From positions 88,164,001 through 88,228,000 of the forward strand of contig OX597816.1 of the NCBI GenBank assembly GCA_951406725.2: 64,000 bases of DNA, written 5' to 3'. Positions 28,180 to 40,850 of this stretch are shown here, piece by piece. Source of the stretch: Octopus vulgaris. Lineage: Eukaryota. The notes under the pieces are model-generated. The model had not been told where the DNA came from and did no database searches. It saw only the letters and a program-made list of their open reading frames with translations. The translations under genes were made by a program, and so were the position numbers. Position 1 is the stretch's first letter. Each line of letters begins with the position of its first letter.

Positions 28180-28337
28180 AGTATCACAAAATTCGGCTTT
28201 ACTTGGAACTGCATGCATATTGCGTAAAATACTGTTTGTCTGAGGTCTTTGTTGTGACTTGACAGACAGTACAAATGCCCGGTAGAAACAATATCTTCAA
28301 CGAAGATCACGATATTGGATATTGTGTGACGTCTTCA
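28180..28337 (+). mobile_element. R4/Dong-type 3' end, fourth family
   Basis: SALLGTACILRKILFV* with a distinct 3' UTR, followed by long (AAT)n. Confidence 0.7.
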
Positions 28338-28343
28338 ATAATA

Positions 28344-28428
<85 letters not shown>

Positions 28429-28699
28429 TAATAATAATAATGATGATAATAATTCCTATTATAGACACAAGGCCTCAAATTTGTTAGTTACATAGAGTTC
28501 GAAAAATATAAAAATTAGATGGATTTGAAGCGTGTACACAGAAATACCTCAAAAGCAGTGAAGTGAGAGTAATATTTTAGAAGATATGCATATTTTCACA
28601 GTTAAGGAAATGCTTGGAAATGCCACAGCTTGGAAATGAGCATGTATGTGTCTCATTCGCTAAGACTGCAAAGTACTCCACTCAGCGGACGTGCAGTGT

Positions 28700-29985
28700 A
28701 CTCCACTCAGCGGATGTTGTCAGTATACGGAGCGTTTCCGCAGTAGAATACTTTCCCTCAACAGAAAGCAAAATATCAGATTGTCCAGCCTGTTCAGGCG
28801 TGATTTGGAATGAGACGCAACAATCAGGCGTTAATAGATAGCGGTAACAATGTAGACGTTCGCCACCTACCTTCACCCAATCATTCATGGGTAGCTTCCT
28901 CTCAGCTAATTTTCAAAATGAGACTTGCCACCCTGGCTGTCAGTTCATCCCCGGACCTTTCTAACTGGAGATCTGAACTAAACCAGATCTCGAGCAATTT
29001 AGCCGTTCCGTACCTCCAGTGCACTACGACGCTGCGAGACAACATAGATCTACAAATATAGAGGCGCGTAGATTAGTGGTTAGGGTGTTGGATCGTAAGA
29101 TTGTGGTTTCGATTCCTGGACCGGGCAACATTTTGTGTTCTTGAGCAAAACACTTCATTTCACGTTGCTCCAGTCCACTCAGTTAGCAAAAAGGAGTAAC
29201 CCTGTGACAGACCACCGTCCCGCCCAGGTGGGGAAAATATACGCCATGAAAACCAGGATACAGGCCCTAATGAGTCAGCATGACTCGAGAAGGAAATTTT
29301 ACCATAACCTTTACCACTCCAGATGCCAAACTGAACGCCCACTAACACTTCGTGTTAGTATATTTATTAGTATGAACTCATGTTCTCCCAGAGCAGTACC
29401 GATCTCTTCGTTGTACTCGATATCCAACACTATTATGATGACGTCATCCGCATACGACGACAAAGTTTCAACGTTTCTAGTTTCTTTAGTTGGGACTCTA
29501 GGGTTTATACATACAGACTATATTAGGGGGAACTTCTTTTAGAAAACTGGTTACGTAATCTGAACGGTTTCGAATAGGGACCAGTTACCCCGAACGCCGA
29601 GCAAATGTCGCTGTACACTGTACGATCCAATCCGTGGTAACGGGACCGGAACCGGCTGCTTTGAGGACAGCCACAAAGAAATTGGTCGTCATCATGCCAA
29701 CAGTTTTCGATTTATCTCATCTGATCAGAGCTCCGCATGTACCAGGTCCATTAAGCACCCGTCCTATGTTGTATCGCCTGAAGTGGATATTATCGTGAAT
29801 TGATCTGTTTCGGATGTCACATGCCTGCGCCTCACCAACTGAATAATCGAAGACAAGCTTCAACCTCTTCGCTAATACTTAGGATAAAACTTTGAATTGT
29901 GCGTTTTACAGAATAGGGGATGGAAAATTATCAATGTGGTACCCTTTGCTCGGATCCATTCTTGATCCACCACTTCACGGTTCAC
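28700..29985 (-). mobile_element. L1/Tx1-clade LINE RT fragment, interrupted by a SINE
   Basis: NAQFKVLS*VLAKRLKLV..VGEAQAC..RSIHDNIH, SYADDVIIIV and KLLEIWFSSDLQ. Confidence 0.8.
29060..29300 (+). mobile_element. tRNA-derived SINE, family C (CORE-like)
   Basis: GGCGCGTAGATTAGTGGTTAG (A box), GGTTTCGATTCC (B box) and TTGTGTTCTTGAGCAAAACACTT (CORE-like). Confidence 0.8.
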
Positions 29986-30070
29986 ATAACGTGGAATTTT
30001 TCCCCTCTGTTGGGATAATTTGGATAATTTTCTATGTGAGTTAAAATGCTACTGGTTAGTGTGATGGAGT

Positions 30071-30522
30071 TATTGTATGTGATATTAATATTTATTGGTA
30101 TGAGCTCCATTAATATTTTATTGTTTTTCGTAAGGCGCAGGAGTGGCTGTGTGGTAAGTAGCTTGCTAACCAACCACATGGTTCCGGGTTCTGTCCCACT
30201 GCGTGGCATCTTGGGCAAGTGTCTTCTGCTATAGCCCCGGGCCGACCAATGCCTTGTAAGTGGATTTGGTAGACGGAAACTGAAAGAAGCCTGTCGTATT
30301 GTATGTGATATTAATATTTATTAGTATGAGCTCCATTAATATTTTATTGTTTTTCGTAAGGCGCAGGAGTGGCTGTGTGGTAAGTAGCTTGCTAACCAAC
30401 CACATGGTTCCGGGTTCAGTCCCACTCCGTGGCATCTTGGGCAAGTGTCTTCTGCTATAGCCCCGGGCCGACCAATTCCTTGTGAGTGGATTTGGTAGAC
30501 GGAAACTGAAAGAAGCCTGTCG
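30071..30522 (+). repeat. 226-bp direct tandem duplication (60-bp flank plus SINE B 5' half)
   Basis: 30071-30296 and 30297-30522 are near identical. Confidence 0.92.
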
Positions 30523-30780
30523 TATATATGTATATATATATATGTGTGTGTATATGTTTGTGTGTCTGTGTTTATCCCCCTAGCATTGCTTGACAACCGA
30601 TGCTGGTGTGTTTACGTCCCCGTTACTTAGCGGTTCGGCAAAAGAGACCGATAGAATAAGTACTGGGCTTACAAAGAATAAGTCCCGGGGTCGATTTTCT
30701 CGACTAAAGGCGGTGCTCCAGCATGGCCGCAGTCAAATGACTGAAACAAGTAAAAGTGTAAAAGTGTAAAAGTGTAAAGT
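30359..30780 (+). mobile_element. SINE family B, full length, young
   Basis: Clean A and B boxes, CORE-like segment, internal microsatellite and a (GTAAAAGT)n tail. Confidence 0.93.
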
Positions 30781-31207
30781 GTTATATAATTTGTAATTCC
30801 TTGCTTTTGTTCCTATTCGGAGACGTGTACTGACTGTTGGTGCGTGTGTGAATCTGGTCGCGCTCTTGCTTACAATGGTGATGGCTGTGATAGCAGTAGT
30901 GATGCTGATAGAACTGATGGGGACGGTGGAGGATATTGGTGCTGATGTTGCTGGTTTAGCTGCTGTTGGCAGTGATTTTTGTGCATCGCTACTTAAAGCC
31001 ATCTGCCCAATTTGTTCGTATGTTTCTTTTTATTTTTTTCCATTGTTACTGTTTGTCGTTTGGTGTTCTTCTCGTCACTCCACTTACTGGAAATATCCGT
31101 GTGGTATCGTTCGGGCTAAGATATGCTCTGGAGAGGTGAAGTCTCTGAAGTTCATCATTTACACTATTTACATTTGACGGATATTTGTCCTCATCTTGTT
31201 TGTTGTT

Positions 31208-31253
31208 AACACAACGTTTCGGCTGATGTACCTTCCATCCTTCATCAGGTGTC
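31208..31253 (-). ncRNA. Minimal type I hammerhead ribozyme, intact core
   Basis: GACAC-CTGATGA-A-GGATG(GAAGGTACAT)CAGCC-GAAA-CG-TT-GTGTT. Stem I is GACAC/GTGTT, stem II pairs 4 of 5 positions, and stem III is the palindrome ACGT. Confidence 0.75.
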
Positions 31254-31344
31254 TTAGCGGTAATTTCGAACCTGGGTTCTCATTCCTAAGGTATTTTTCG
31301 TCGTCGTTGTTGTTGTTATTATTATTACTGCTACTACAACTACA

Positions 31345-31426
<82 letters not shown>

Positions 31427-31470
31427 ATACTGCTGCTGCTGCTACTACTACTACCATTATTATTATTATT

Positions 31471-31538
31471 CAGGTCACTGCTTGGAATCGAACTCGGAAT
31501 GTTGGGGTTAGTAGCCTGCGCTCTTAACCACTACACCA
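31471..31538 (-). other. tRNA-like Pol III head (SINE-type, not a functional tRNA)
   Basis: TGGTGTAGTGGTTAAG (A box), CTACTAA anticodon-loop-like segment, GAGTTCGATTCC (B box); no acceptor stem; followed by (AAT)n. Confidence 0.75.
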
Positions 31539-31604
31539 AACAAGATGAGGACAAATATCCGTCAATCCGTCAAGTGTAAATAATGTAAAGAATAATGTAA
31601 AGAA

Positions 31605-33125
31605 TGGAATTTACCATGCTACGCCAGACTTCACGGTCCATCATGGTATTACGGAGGTCCTGTTGCTGGATGCCTGTATCCCTGGAGATTACATCAGGGT
31701 AGGAGAGTGTGCGCCCTCTGGCATTGCGAGTAGATGGCTTCCAGAGGAGGAGAGTAGAAATTACCTCTTTTTCAGCTCTACAACAATGTCCAGCAAACTG
31801 GACTCTCCTACCTTTCACAAGAGATGACACAGGTGGTAGTTTCCCATATATTTGCATTTTGGTTCGATGGCGCTTCCACGAGAGATTTTGAGCTCTCATA
31901 AAGAGACGAGTGTAGGTTCCATCCAACCGCCTCTCAAGCTTCTTTGATACCGTCCAGGTTTCTGAGCCGTATAGTAGAATTTGTTCGACTGTGGCTTTGA
32001 AGATTTCAAGTTTGAAGTCATTACAGGCTGACCAGGCCACATCCTTTCTAGTTAGAAAATATTTTCCAGATGATGATTTGTCTGACCCAAGATATTTGTA
32101 ATCAGAAACCATATTTAAGGGCGCATTGTTGAGAGTATGGATGATGCAATCACTGTTGGACAGGCACTTGTTTATATATTCAGTCTTGGCCTCATTGAGG
32201 TAAAGACCTACATAATTTGAGGCTTGTTCGAGAGATTATAAAAGAGACTGGGCATTGGAGAGAGAATCACTGATAAGAGCGATGTCGACAGCAAAGTCAG
32301 TGTCTGTCAAGTATTCAGCTGGGTGTCTGGAACTTCTTCTTGGTTTTATTTCAAAGCCCTTGCCAGAGATGGTATCAACTGACATACGTAGTACATAGTC
32401 AACGACAATGATGAAAAGAAATGGGGCGAGTGTGTCTCCCTGCAGTATTCCGGCTTTGATTGGGAAAGATGATGTTTCTCCGTCAGGGGTTAAGATGGTT
32501 GAAGGCGTATCTGTGTAGAGGACCTTGATGGCAGAAATGATTTTGTCTGGTATCCCATAGAGCTTAAGGTTTTCAAACATCTTGTACCTATCTACAGAAT
32601 CGAACGCTTTAGAAAAGTCTACAAATACCATTGCAAGATCGCGATTAAATGCTTTTGATTCTTCAATAAGTCTGCGCAGGCATAGTATCTGGCTCAGCGT
32701 TGAGCGCCCATGTCTGAATCCATTTTGGTTCTTTCGGAGCAAAGGTTCAACAAAAAGGACAAGACGATTTAGAATCACTTTGTTGTACAGTTTTGCAGCA
32801 ATTGACATTAGAGATATACCCCTGTAGTTGGTGACGAGGGATAAATCACCTTTTTGGGGTATTGGGATGATTTGAGATTGGTGCCAAATCTTTGGAGCGA
32901 CAAAGGTGGAAAGTGTGTGGTTGCAAAGGTTGAGCAAAAGTGTGTGAAATCTATCATCCTTGCAAATTACAGCTGGGATGTTGTCGGGACCAAATGCTTT
33001 CGAGGCTTTTAGTTGCTTGGTGGCTGCTGTTAGTTCAAATATGGTAAAAGGGGAGGTGTTGATGTCCAGCGTGTCTGATATAGGCACACTTGGAAGAGTG
33101 GGGTTATCAGGGATTTTGGTAAAGA
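31605..33125 (-). mobile_element. RTE-X-like LINE, 5'-truncated and relatively young
   Basis: ORFs 33087-32236 and 32112-31570 are in the same frame, separated by one stop. Motifs NYRGISL, QNGFRHGRST, FVDFSKAFDSV, GILQGDTLAPFLF, DTDFAVD (mutated FADD), LLYGSETW and FAGHC. Confidence 0.93.
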
Positions 33126-34511
33126 ATGTACATAATCCCTCATCTATTAAATATAGAACTGTAGTCTCTGAAGTTGTTTTGTTGATAGAGTTGTTGTTTT
33201 GGGGGCTTCTGTTGCTGTTTCTTATGGTTATTCATGTGTGTGGCCCTTGATGCTGGTGTGATTTCTTTTTTTCGTTGTTGATAATTTCATTGCTGTTGCT
33301 GTTGTTGTCGCTGCTGTAGATGCTGCTGTAACTTTTGTTCCTTCTGCTGATACTGCTGTTTTCACAGCTTCTACTTTTGTTCTTAGTTATTAGCGCTGTT
33401 ATAGCCACCTGCCTCTGTTGATCTGCTGCGGCAGTTTATACTGGTTCTACTGTTTTTACTACTACAGCTGTTTCTGCTGGTGCTGTTGTTGTTGTGGTAT
33501 TATCGATGGTGTCAACAGAAGTGGCAGTTTCTCTTTTTCCCTTTGCTGTGGACAGAAAGCCTAGAGCTGGTTTGTGTTATCACACAAGTGATACTTCCTC
33601 CTTTTACTTTCAACGGCCACGTGAAGTTTCGTATCGTATGACAGTGAATTAGGTCCGAGAAAAATTTAGACTAACACTGACATCTATTGAACCACTCAGT
33701 TTTGTTTCTGCAGTCTCGGCTCCTACAAAATATTGGTTTTGTCTGCTATATCGAAGAGGACTGCCGCCGCAAACCATATCCGTTTGTACTTCAGACGAGT
33801 GGGATGCTCTTTTCAATTTGTTGCTATGGTTTTGTATAACACAATTTCTCAGGTCGTTTCTCCCAATATGGCTTCAGGATAAAGAGTAACATTTCTTTCA
33901 TTTTTTTTTTCAGTACATTTTACCTATTTTTAGATCAGCCTCTATAAATTCATATTTTCCAGTATTTAGCGCGCTGCAGCTTTGAAACAGCCCACGTTGT
34001 GTTTTCGAGTGTTATTTTTCTCAGTAATTACGTTGGTATTAATTGTGACGTTGGCTGCGTAGGTAGCATTTGCAGGTGTGTAGTATAAACAATTTACTTT
34101 TCCTTCTTCCTCTTTTTATTGTTTACTGTTGTTGTTTTTGTGCTCGTTGTTGTTGTCTTTGTTTTTTTCTGTCATTGCTGGTTTTGTTTTTGTCAAGTTC
34201 TTTGTTAACTTGAGAGAAATTACCATTTGTATTGTTGTCTGTTGGAACAGTCAACTGTCAACTGGTTTTGAGCAGCCATATTTTTTATTATTGTAAGCGT
34301 AATTTTCGATTTTCAAATTTAAGATGTTGCCTCTAAGTGGCGAATATGCCACAAAGCCAAACAACCTAGAAGATGCTGGTTAGCTTAAAAAACTGGTACA
34401 ACAAAGAGGAATACAGGTTTCTTGAAAACAATAAAATTAAGAGAAAACCCATGAATTCCAAAACGACATCGTTCAGTTCCAAATGCAGTAACAACAACAA
34501 CAATAATAATG

Positions 34512-34575
<64 letters not shown>

Positions 34576-34578
<3 letters not shown>

Positions 34579-34872
34579 CTGGAAATAGAGGTAACTCGAA
34601 TGTGGAATCTAAACACAGAAACAATTCCTATCATAATAGGTGCATTAGGCATGATAAAAAAATATTCAGACAAATACATAACAAAAACACCAGGACTTAC
34701 AAACACATATAACATACAGAAAATTGCACTACTAGGCACTGCACACATCCTACGCAGAACACTTTCCATACAATAACCGTCAGAGCATCACAACAAATCA
34801 CAGCACATATACCCAAGGCACACAGAGCTGTGCTCGGTAGTGAAGTGAAAGCACGCTATAAAAATAAAACTA

Positions 34873-34877
<5 letters not shown>
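34576..34877 (+). mobile_element. R4/Dong-type 3' fragment (same family as 27573-28170) inserted in (AAT)n
   Basis: LEIEVTRMWNL..IPIIIGALG..LGTAHILRRTLS with a near-identical 3' UTR; long (AAT)n on both sides. Confidence 0.92.
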
Positions 34878-34962
<85 letters not shown>

Positions 34963-35639
34963 AAGAAGAAGAAGAAGAAGAAGCTGGAGGAGGATGAAGA
35001 TGAGGAGGAGGTGGCGAAAAAAGGTTCCGATTTTGACAAAGGCATGAAAATAATTTTGCAGGGGATGTCTTAACAGATTAAATTGACTCTAATTATTAAT
35101 TTGTAGTTTACTCTAACAACACCGGAAGGACTAAAGACGACGCTGGCTTTGGTGGATTTCAGCTTAGTAAAATTCGTAATTATATAAGGAAAGTCACTTA
35201 TTTATGAAGTACTCATGATTCTGTTAATCCATAATAATTTCTAACATTGGTACAAAGCCAGAAATTTTAGGAATGGGAACAGTTGAGTAATTTGATCTTT
35301 ATAATTGATTGGTACCTATTTATTAGTCTTGGGTATACGTGAATGTCAGGGTGTTTGGTGGTGATTGTTCATGCCGCTCTAATATCACACTTGACTTTTT
35401 TTTCTCATCGAAATGGGAATATGTGAAGTCAAACTAGATACCGGGAGAGATTTCGTTCGCCGTACAACCTGCGCTACCACCCGATATCAGCGAATTCAAT
35501 CACTTCTTCTTAATACATATGACGTCGGCAGTCAGCGTAAGTTACTTAACATCTGATAAAGAGACTTCATTGAAGCATATTGATCTTTGAACAGGCTTCT
35601 GAATGGCCGTGCAAGATTTTTGCCATGCGCATTACCTAA

Positions 35640-36364
35640 CTAGTTGCTACGTCGGACTGGAAATTGTCATGAAATAACGTAAACACTGAAAGCATGACAG
35701 CGGTAAAATAGCGAAGATTTGTGTTTATAACAGCCAAGAAGCGAAACGAGGAGAGCTTTCTAACTTTCTCGCATGTTTCGAGGTTTTCGAATCTCCTTTT
35801 ACAGTAGTAGCAATATTTTGTACGAGTAAAACAGCCCCCGTCCGATGGACGGTGCTGAGTTGTCAAACATTTAAACCAAATTTTCTCAAAACAACTTGTC
35901 CGGCCGTCCCATAAGCCTCCTCGTTGAGAAACACTGATTTAACCTAAATTTGAGACGCCAGCAAAAGAAGAAGACTTTTTTCTATTCCAAAGAAAAACGA
36001 TTTTATTCACACAAATATGCAACCGAAGAGTTTAAAGTATCAGTAATAAGGCTGTTGACTGGGCGAACACAAACATGGTTTAAACAGTAAGCTTGGCAGG
36101 AAAGAAACGTGCCTTTAAGCAGTACAAAAACAACAAAATATGGAAGGTGCAGTTATGTACAGGTTGATGGAAGAGAAGCAGGGCAAAAACGGTTTTATCG
36201 ATCGCATTCTCACCTGGAATCGATTTTTGTAATTTTGTCAAGACTTATACACGCCCTGATACTGTCGGTATCTACATATAAAATTTGAGCGCAATTGGAT
36301 GGAGGATGTCCGAGATCCTAGAAGACACACACACAGACAGACAGAACGGATTTTATATAAGAGA
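35640..36364 (-). mobile_element. Non-autonomous Helitron
   Basis: Minus strand starts A|TCTCTTATATAAAA..GTCTGTCTGTGTG and ends CTAG|T, i.e. inserted between A and T with no TSD. Confidence 0.7.
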
Positions 36365-37519
36365 TGAGTGCAGAGTAATGTAACACACTGCACAGTTTTG
36401 TTACGCGGAGAATGTACTTACATTAGGAATGCAATGTTGTGCAGTGTTTTTGAGTGATGTGTTATGCAGGGAAGGAAGTACTGGGAATAGTGGTTAATAC
36501 TGGGTCTGAAGATGGCAGGCGATAAAATATGGGCTATAAGAGAAGAGGTGCAAGAGCCGGGGATACCTGACAGGAGGAGATACGAGACAAACCAGGTCCT
36601 AAGAGTAGAGACCACTTTAGTAATGATGTGTAGTGTTGATTATTATAATCCAATCTAATATATCGATATTGTATAGTATAGAGAAATGGAGCATATTGTC
36701 GTGAAGTGTTGCGATATTTGATACCAAGATTGATATGTTCAATGTAGTTATTTGATTCTACCTCAAAGCTGAAGCTGAATTTAATATCCAAATATTGCAA
36801 TATTCAATTATAACAATCTCTCTATGTTGATTGCTTGAAGAGTTATATATCCTAGGAGATGAGTAACCCCATCTAGGATCTCATGGGTATAGGAACATTG
36901 CTGAACTGCTGTTGATCATATTGATGCTACTACTATCGATATTGTTGTTCTTGTCATGACATTTTTATTTCATTTTGTTTAAAGATATTGAAATGATATC
37001 CAGCAAATGACGTATTTTATATTATCAACTACAAAGTTCATTGTTGTTACTGCTGATATTTTTGCAGTTGTTGTTGGCAAAGTTATTGAACGAGCACCTC
37101 ACTAGCGATCTATTTGATTTACATCCATATTATTGATGTTTATGAGTAGAGGTTTGTAAATTTGAAGTCGATTGGATCGGATCTGGTACTCTGGTACTTG
37201 TTTTATTGAACAGAAGAGAATGTAAAGGAAAGCCAAATTCTCCAGAAAGTGAACAGTTAGAATGAATTCCTCTGCTACCCCACCACCCACAGCGAGGGGT
37301 CGAACACAATGACCAACATTTATGCATATAATATGGATCTCGTTTGAGTAGAAGATGCATCGTAAGATTTTGGTGATGCGGAAAATAAAGTGTAAGACCT
37401 CCTTACTTTTCTCAAGAATACTAACAATGTAATGGAAATGAAATGGCTTTAACCGTTATTTGAAACCGAATTGCTACCCAATTCTCTGTTTTTCAATGTG
37501 TATGCTGAAGTATACACAC

Positions 37520-37633
<114 letters not shown>

Positions 37634-40204
37634 GTATATGTATATACATGTATATGCATATGTATGTAGATATCGTGCATTCAATATATATAGACACAAA
37701 TACGCACATCACGCAAACACACGCATCTATAAATATATCTATGCAAGTATGAGTCTATAGTGAAAACAAGAGCATTATTTTGCTTTATAAATTTTTCTGT
37801 TATGCTTTTCCAGCTTGCAGGCTATGATTTTGTTTGTGGTACCATCGATACGACGCAAATAATGTATAATATTTTCTTTTTATTCGATAGCAAAGAAAAT
37901 AAAAACAAAAAATAAATATATATGTAAAAATCTATCAAATGCAACATATTTCAAGAAAAGGAAAGTTTCTTATTAAAACTACAAAATAGACATATTTTCA
38001 ATACCACAAGCAAAAACAGAGAAGCTGCACCCTACATATTCCTGTATTTACATATCTATATATCTCACTTTCTCTCTATCTGCATCTATCTATCTGTTTA
38101 TAGATGCACATATCTATACATAACTGGTTATATGTGAGCATATATACATACATAAATGCATGCATACATACATACACACACATACATACACACACATACA
38201 TACATACATACATACATACATACATACATACATACATACATACATACATACATACATACATACATACATACATACATACATACATACATGAGTATTTATA
38301 GGCATCCATATGCCTCATGTGTCGAGCAAATGTGGACAAAGCCTGCGTAATGAATGGAACAATTGACAATTGTCGATTTTAGTTAAGATGAATAGAGCTA
38401 ATTGGCAAGATGTTATAACTCTGCCTTTGTTCTTGCCTCTTGAACATCACCAATAGCCTCCAGGAAAACAATTTTAATTGGAGAACAGCAGATAACCAAT
38501 GATTTTTAACCATCAGTCGTTTCTGAAACAACAACCACCTTGAGAACGTATGCAAGAAAAGTCTTTAGCGTTCTAAGAACAATTTATATGAGAAATCATG
38601 ATGTGCTGATACTTGTGTAGTTAAAATTCTCAGCGTTTTCCTTTTGTTTGATTCTGCTCAGGGGCAATGAAGATAGTTAACATATGAGACTGTTGAGCAA
38701 GATACTTTATTGCAGCCCAAATCAGTTATTTGGATTCTGTCCTGTTATATCAGAAGAGGAGTTGACAGTTCGCATCATTCGCACCACATAATCAACGCTG
38801 AAATATGTAGGTACTAAAGCTATCAACATTAATTACATTGACCTAATTCATTTTGCAGCAAAGATATATATCTTACATGAACACCGTTGCCTTATGGTTT
38901 ATAGGGATTAAGAGATATGTGATGACAAGAATTTCATATTTGTTTCTAAGATATTAGTGTGATAAATTAATGGAAAATATCATAAACGTGATATGAAAAC
39001 AAATCCATATGTATGGTCTGAATATGTCAGTAATTTATAAAGTTATCTGTACGTTTCTGTTTTATTGTTTTGTTTTTACAAGAGTTTTACGATTCATGAA
39101 GCGATGTGTAGGTTTTAGCCTGGTTTATGACACTGAAAATGGTATGATAAGAACAGGATAAATGCTATGTACTAAGACGAAAATATACTTAATAGTTAAG
39201 TAACTGCGAACATATATAATGCAGAATATTAATCAAATTACAAATTCTAGGAAGAGTAAAGGAGATTGATAGATTTTGATTAATATTGTACGTATAACTT
39301 TCAATAAATAAAAAAGGTTTTACAATCACAGGTGAAGTATAACCTAGATTAAATTACATTTTGATTGATCAAAAACAATACATAGCTATAAATAAAAACA
39401 CTACATTGTACAAATATGACAGGTAACTTCAGTCATGTTTCCCATTTTACCGCATTCCCCGAATTAGTAATAAGTGAATGATTAAGTGAGTCATGTCTTG
39501 GGTTGTTTCCCGTAATTACTGAAATGGTTTAAATAATGTTTGTTATTGATTCACAGATATTCTGGTTAGTCTTCAGTCGCATTACTCTGAAAATTCTGAG
39601 GCTTATAATAGTCGTGGGAAACGCCACTGTTAACGAGTTGCAGTTAAAATATAAACAAATCCAAATATATCCTAAAAATAATGAAGGAAGTGTGAGAAAA
39701 ATGTCTACCCCCAGAGAGAGTAGCATTAATATCTAACTAGTATTCCTGTGAATATTACATTTCAAAATGATTTTTCTTAATAAGATTCGATACAAATAAA
39801 AACACGATCAGACGTCGTGATATAATACACACGAAGTACAGAAGTCACTCCTAAACGATAAATATAAAAATAAGCTTCTATATATACTGCATATTTTATT
39901 TCACCGTAAACGAACTATATGTAAATAGAAAGAAATCTAAAAAAAAAAAAGAAAGAGAAGAAAAACATAGGTGTGAAGAAATATTCAATACACAACACGC
40001 ACTAACTATCCTAACTGAACAAGACAGAATAAACGGTGTTAGTTTAATCTTGCAACCTGTCAAACAAAGTTCCAGCAACACTTATTAAGGATGGTGTTAA
40101 GATAAATCTGAATTTCTTTGAACTGCTTCATATCTGAAGGAAAGTCAGATTTTTTGGAAAAATACATTACTTGCATTATCCAGTAGTCAACACTTATACA
40201 TACA

Positions 40205-40269
<65 letters not shown>

Positions 40270-40289
40270 AATAGTAGTATAGCAATGTG

Positions 40290-40850
40290 GTAGTTTTTGG
40301 TATATTGTCCAATGGATATAACCACTTACTCGGTTGTGTCTGTGTATATATATTCAAATTATTAACTGGGAAGCCAGACATGATATGGCCAACTGTCTCA
40401 TTGCGCTGGTTGCACAGTCTGCATTCGTTGTAAGGGCTTGTTTTCATTATTTTGCTTTGATAATTGTTCGTAGTCAGGCATTGGTCTTGTGCAGCGAGGA
40501 TCGGTCCTTCCATTTCAGCTTTTAGACCAGAGTAACCACTATAAGTTGAGAAAATCATTGAGGATGATACAAGGATTGTATAAAAAAAAAGCGCTAAAAT
40601 AGAAAAATATGCCAGCCACACAAAACAAGGGTCATCATTTGAGCCATTTTCACCACTTTCTTCCATCTTTTAACAAATTTGCTGGGAGACAGTATTTCCT
40701 TTTCCGCCCTTCATATCCATTTCAAGTGAAAAGATTGATGGATTGGCCAAAGATATCTTGAACTCTTTCAATTTCGATCAGCAACTCTTTTTGTCAAAGT
40801 CTGCCAGTTCTTCCCGGCCAAGCTAGACAAAATGAATTAGGATATTTAAA
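40290..40850 (-). mobile_element. R4/Dong-type fragment (post-RT region and zinc knuckle)
   Basis: GLKAEMEGPILAAQDQCLTT..CRLCNQRNETVGHIMSG; abuts (TAC)n. Confidence 0.8.

Larger units (their letters stand above)
31158..31605 (-). mobile_element. Composite non-autonomous element: tRNA-like head + (AAT/AGT)n + hammerhead, with an inverted copy of its 3' end upstream
   Basis: Head at 31471-31538, hammerhead at 31208-31253, inverted repeat 31158-31201 vs 31538-31589. Confidence 0.75.

Noticed and set aside
31471-31538. Functional tRNA-Ser(ACT) gene
   Set aside because: No acceptor stem, a poor anticodon stem, no long variable arm, and it is followed by an (AAT)n tail; it is a SINE-type head.
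38440-38800. Possible pogo/DDE_1 transposase remnant (VFLLFDSAQG, TLLQP)
   Set aside because: Only two short weak motifs and no TIRs found.
39455-39620. Cluster of STAT/GAS (TTCCCCGAA, TTCCCGTAA), AP-1 (TGAGTCA) and Su(H) (CGTGGGAA) motifs
   Set aside because: Short motifs are expected by chance in 64 kb, no target gene is visible, and the region may overlap another decayed exon. It would need ATAC-seq or conservation data.
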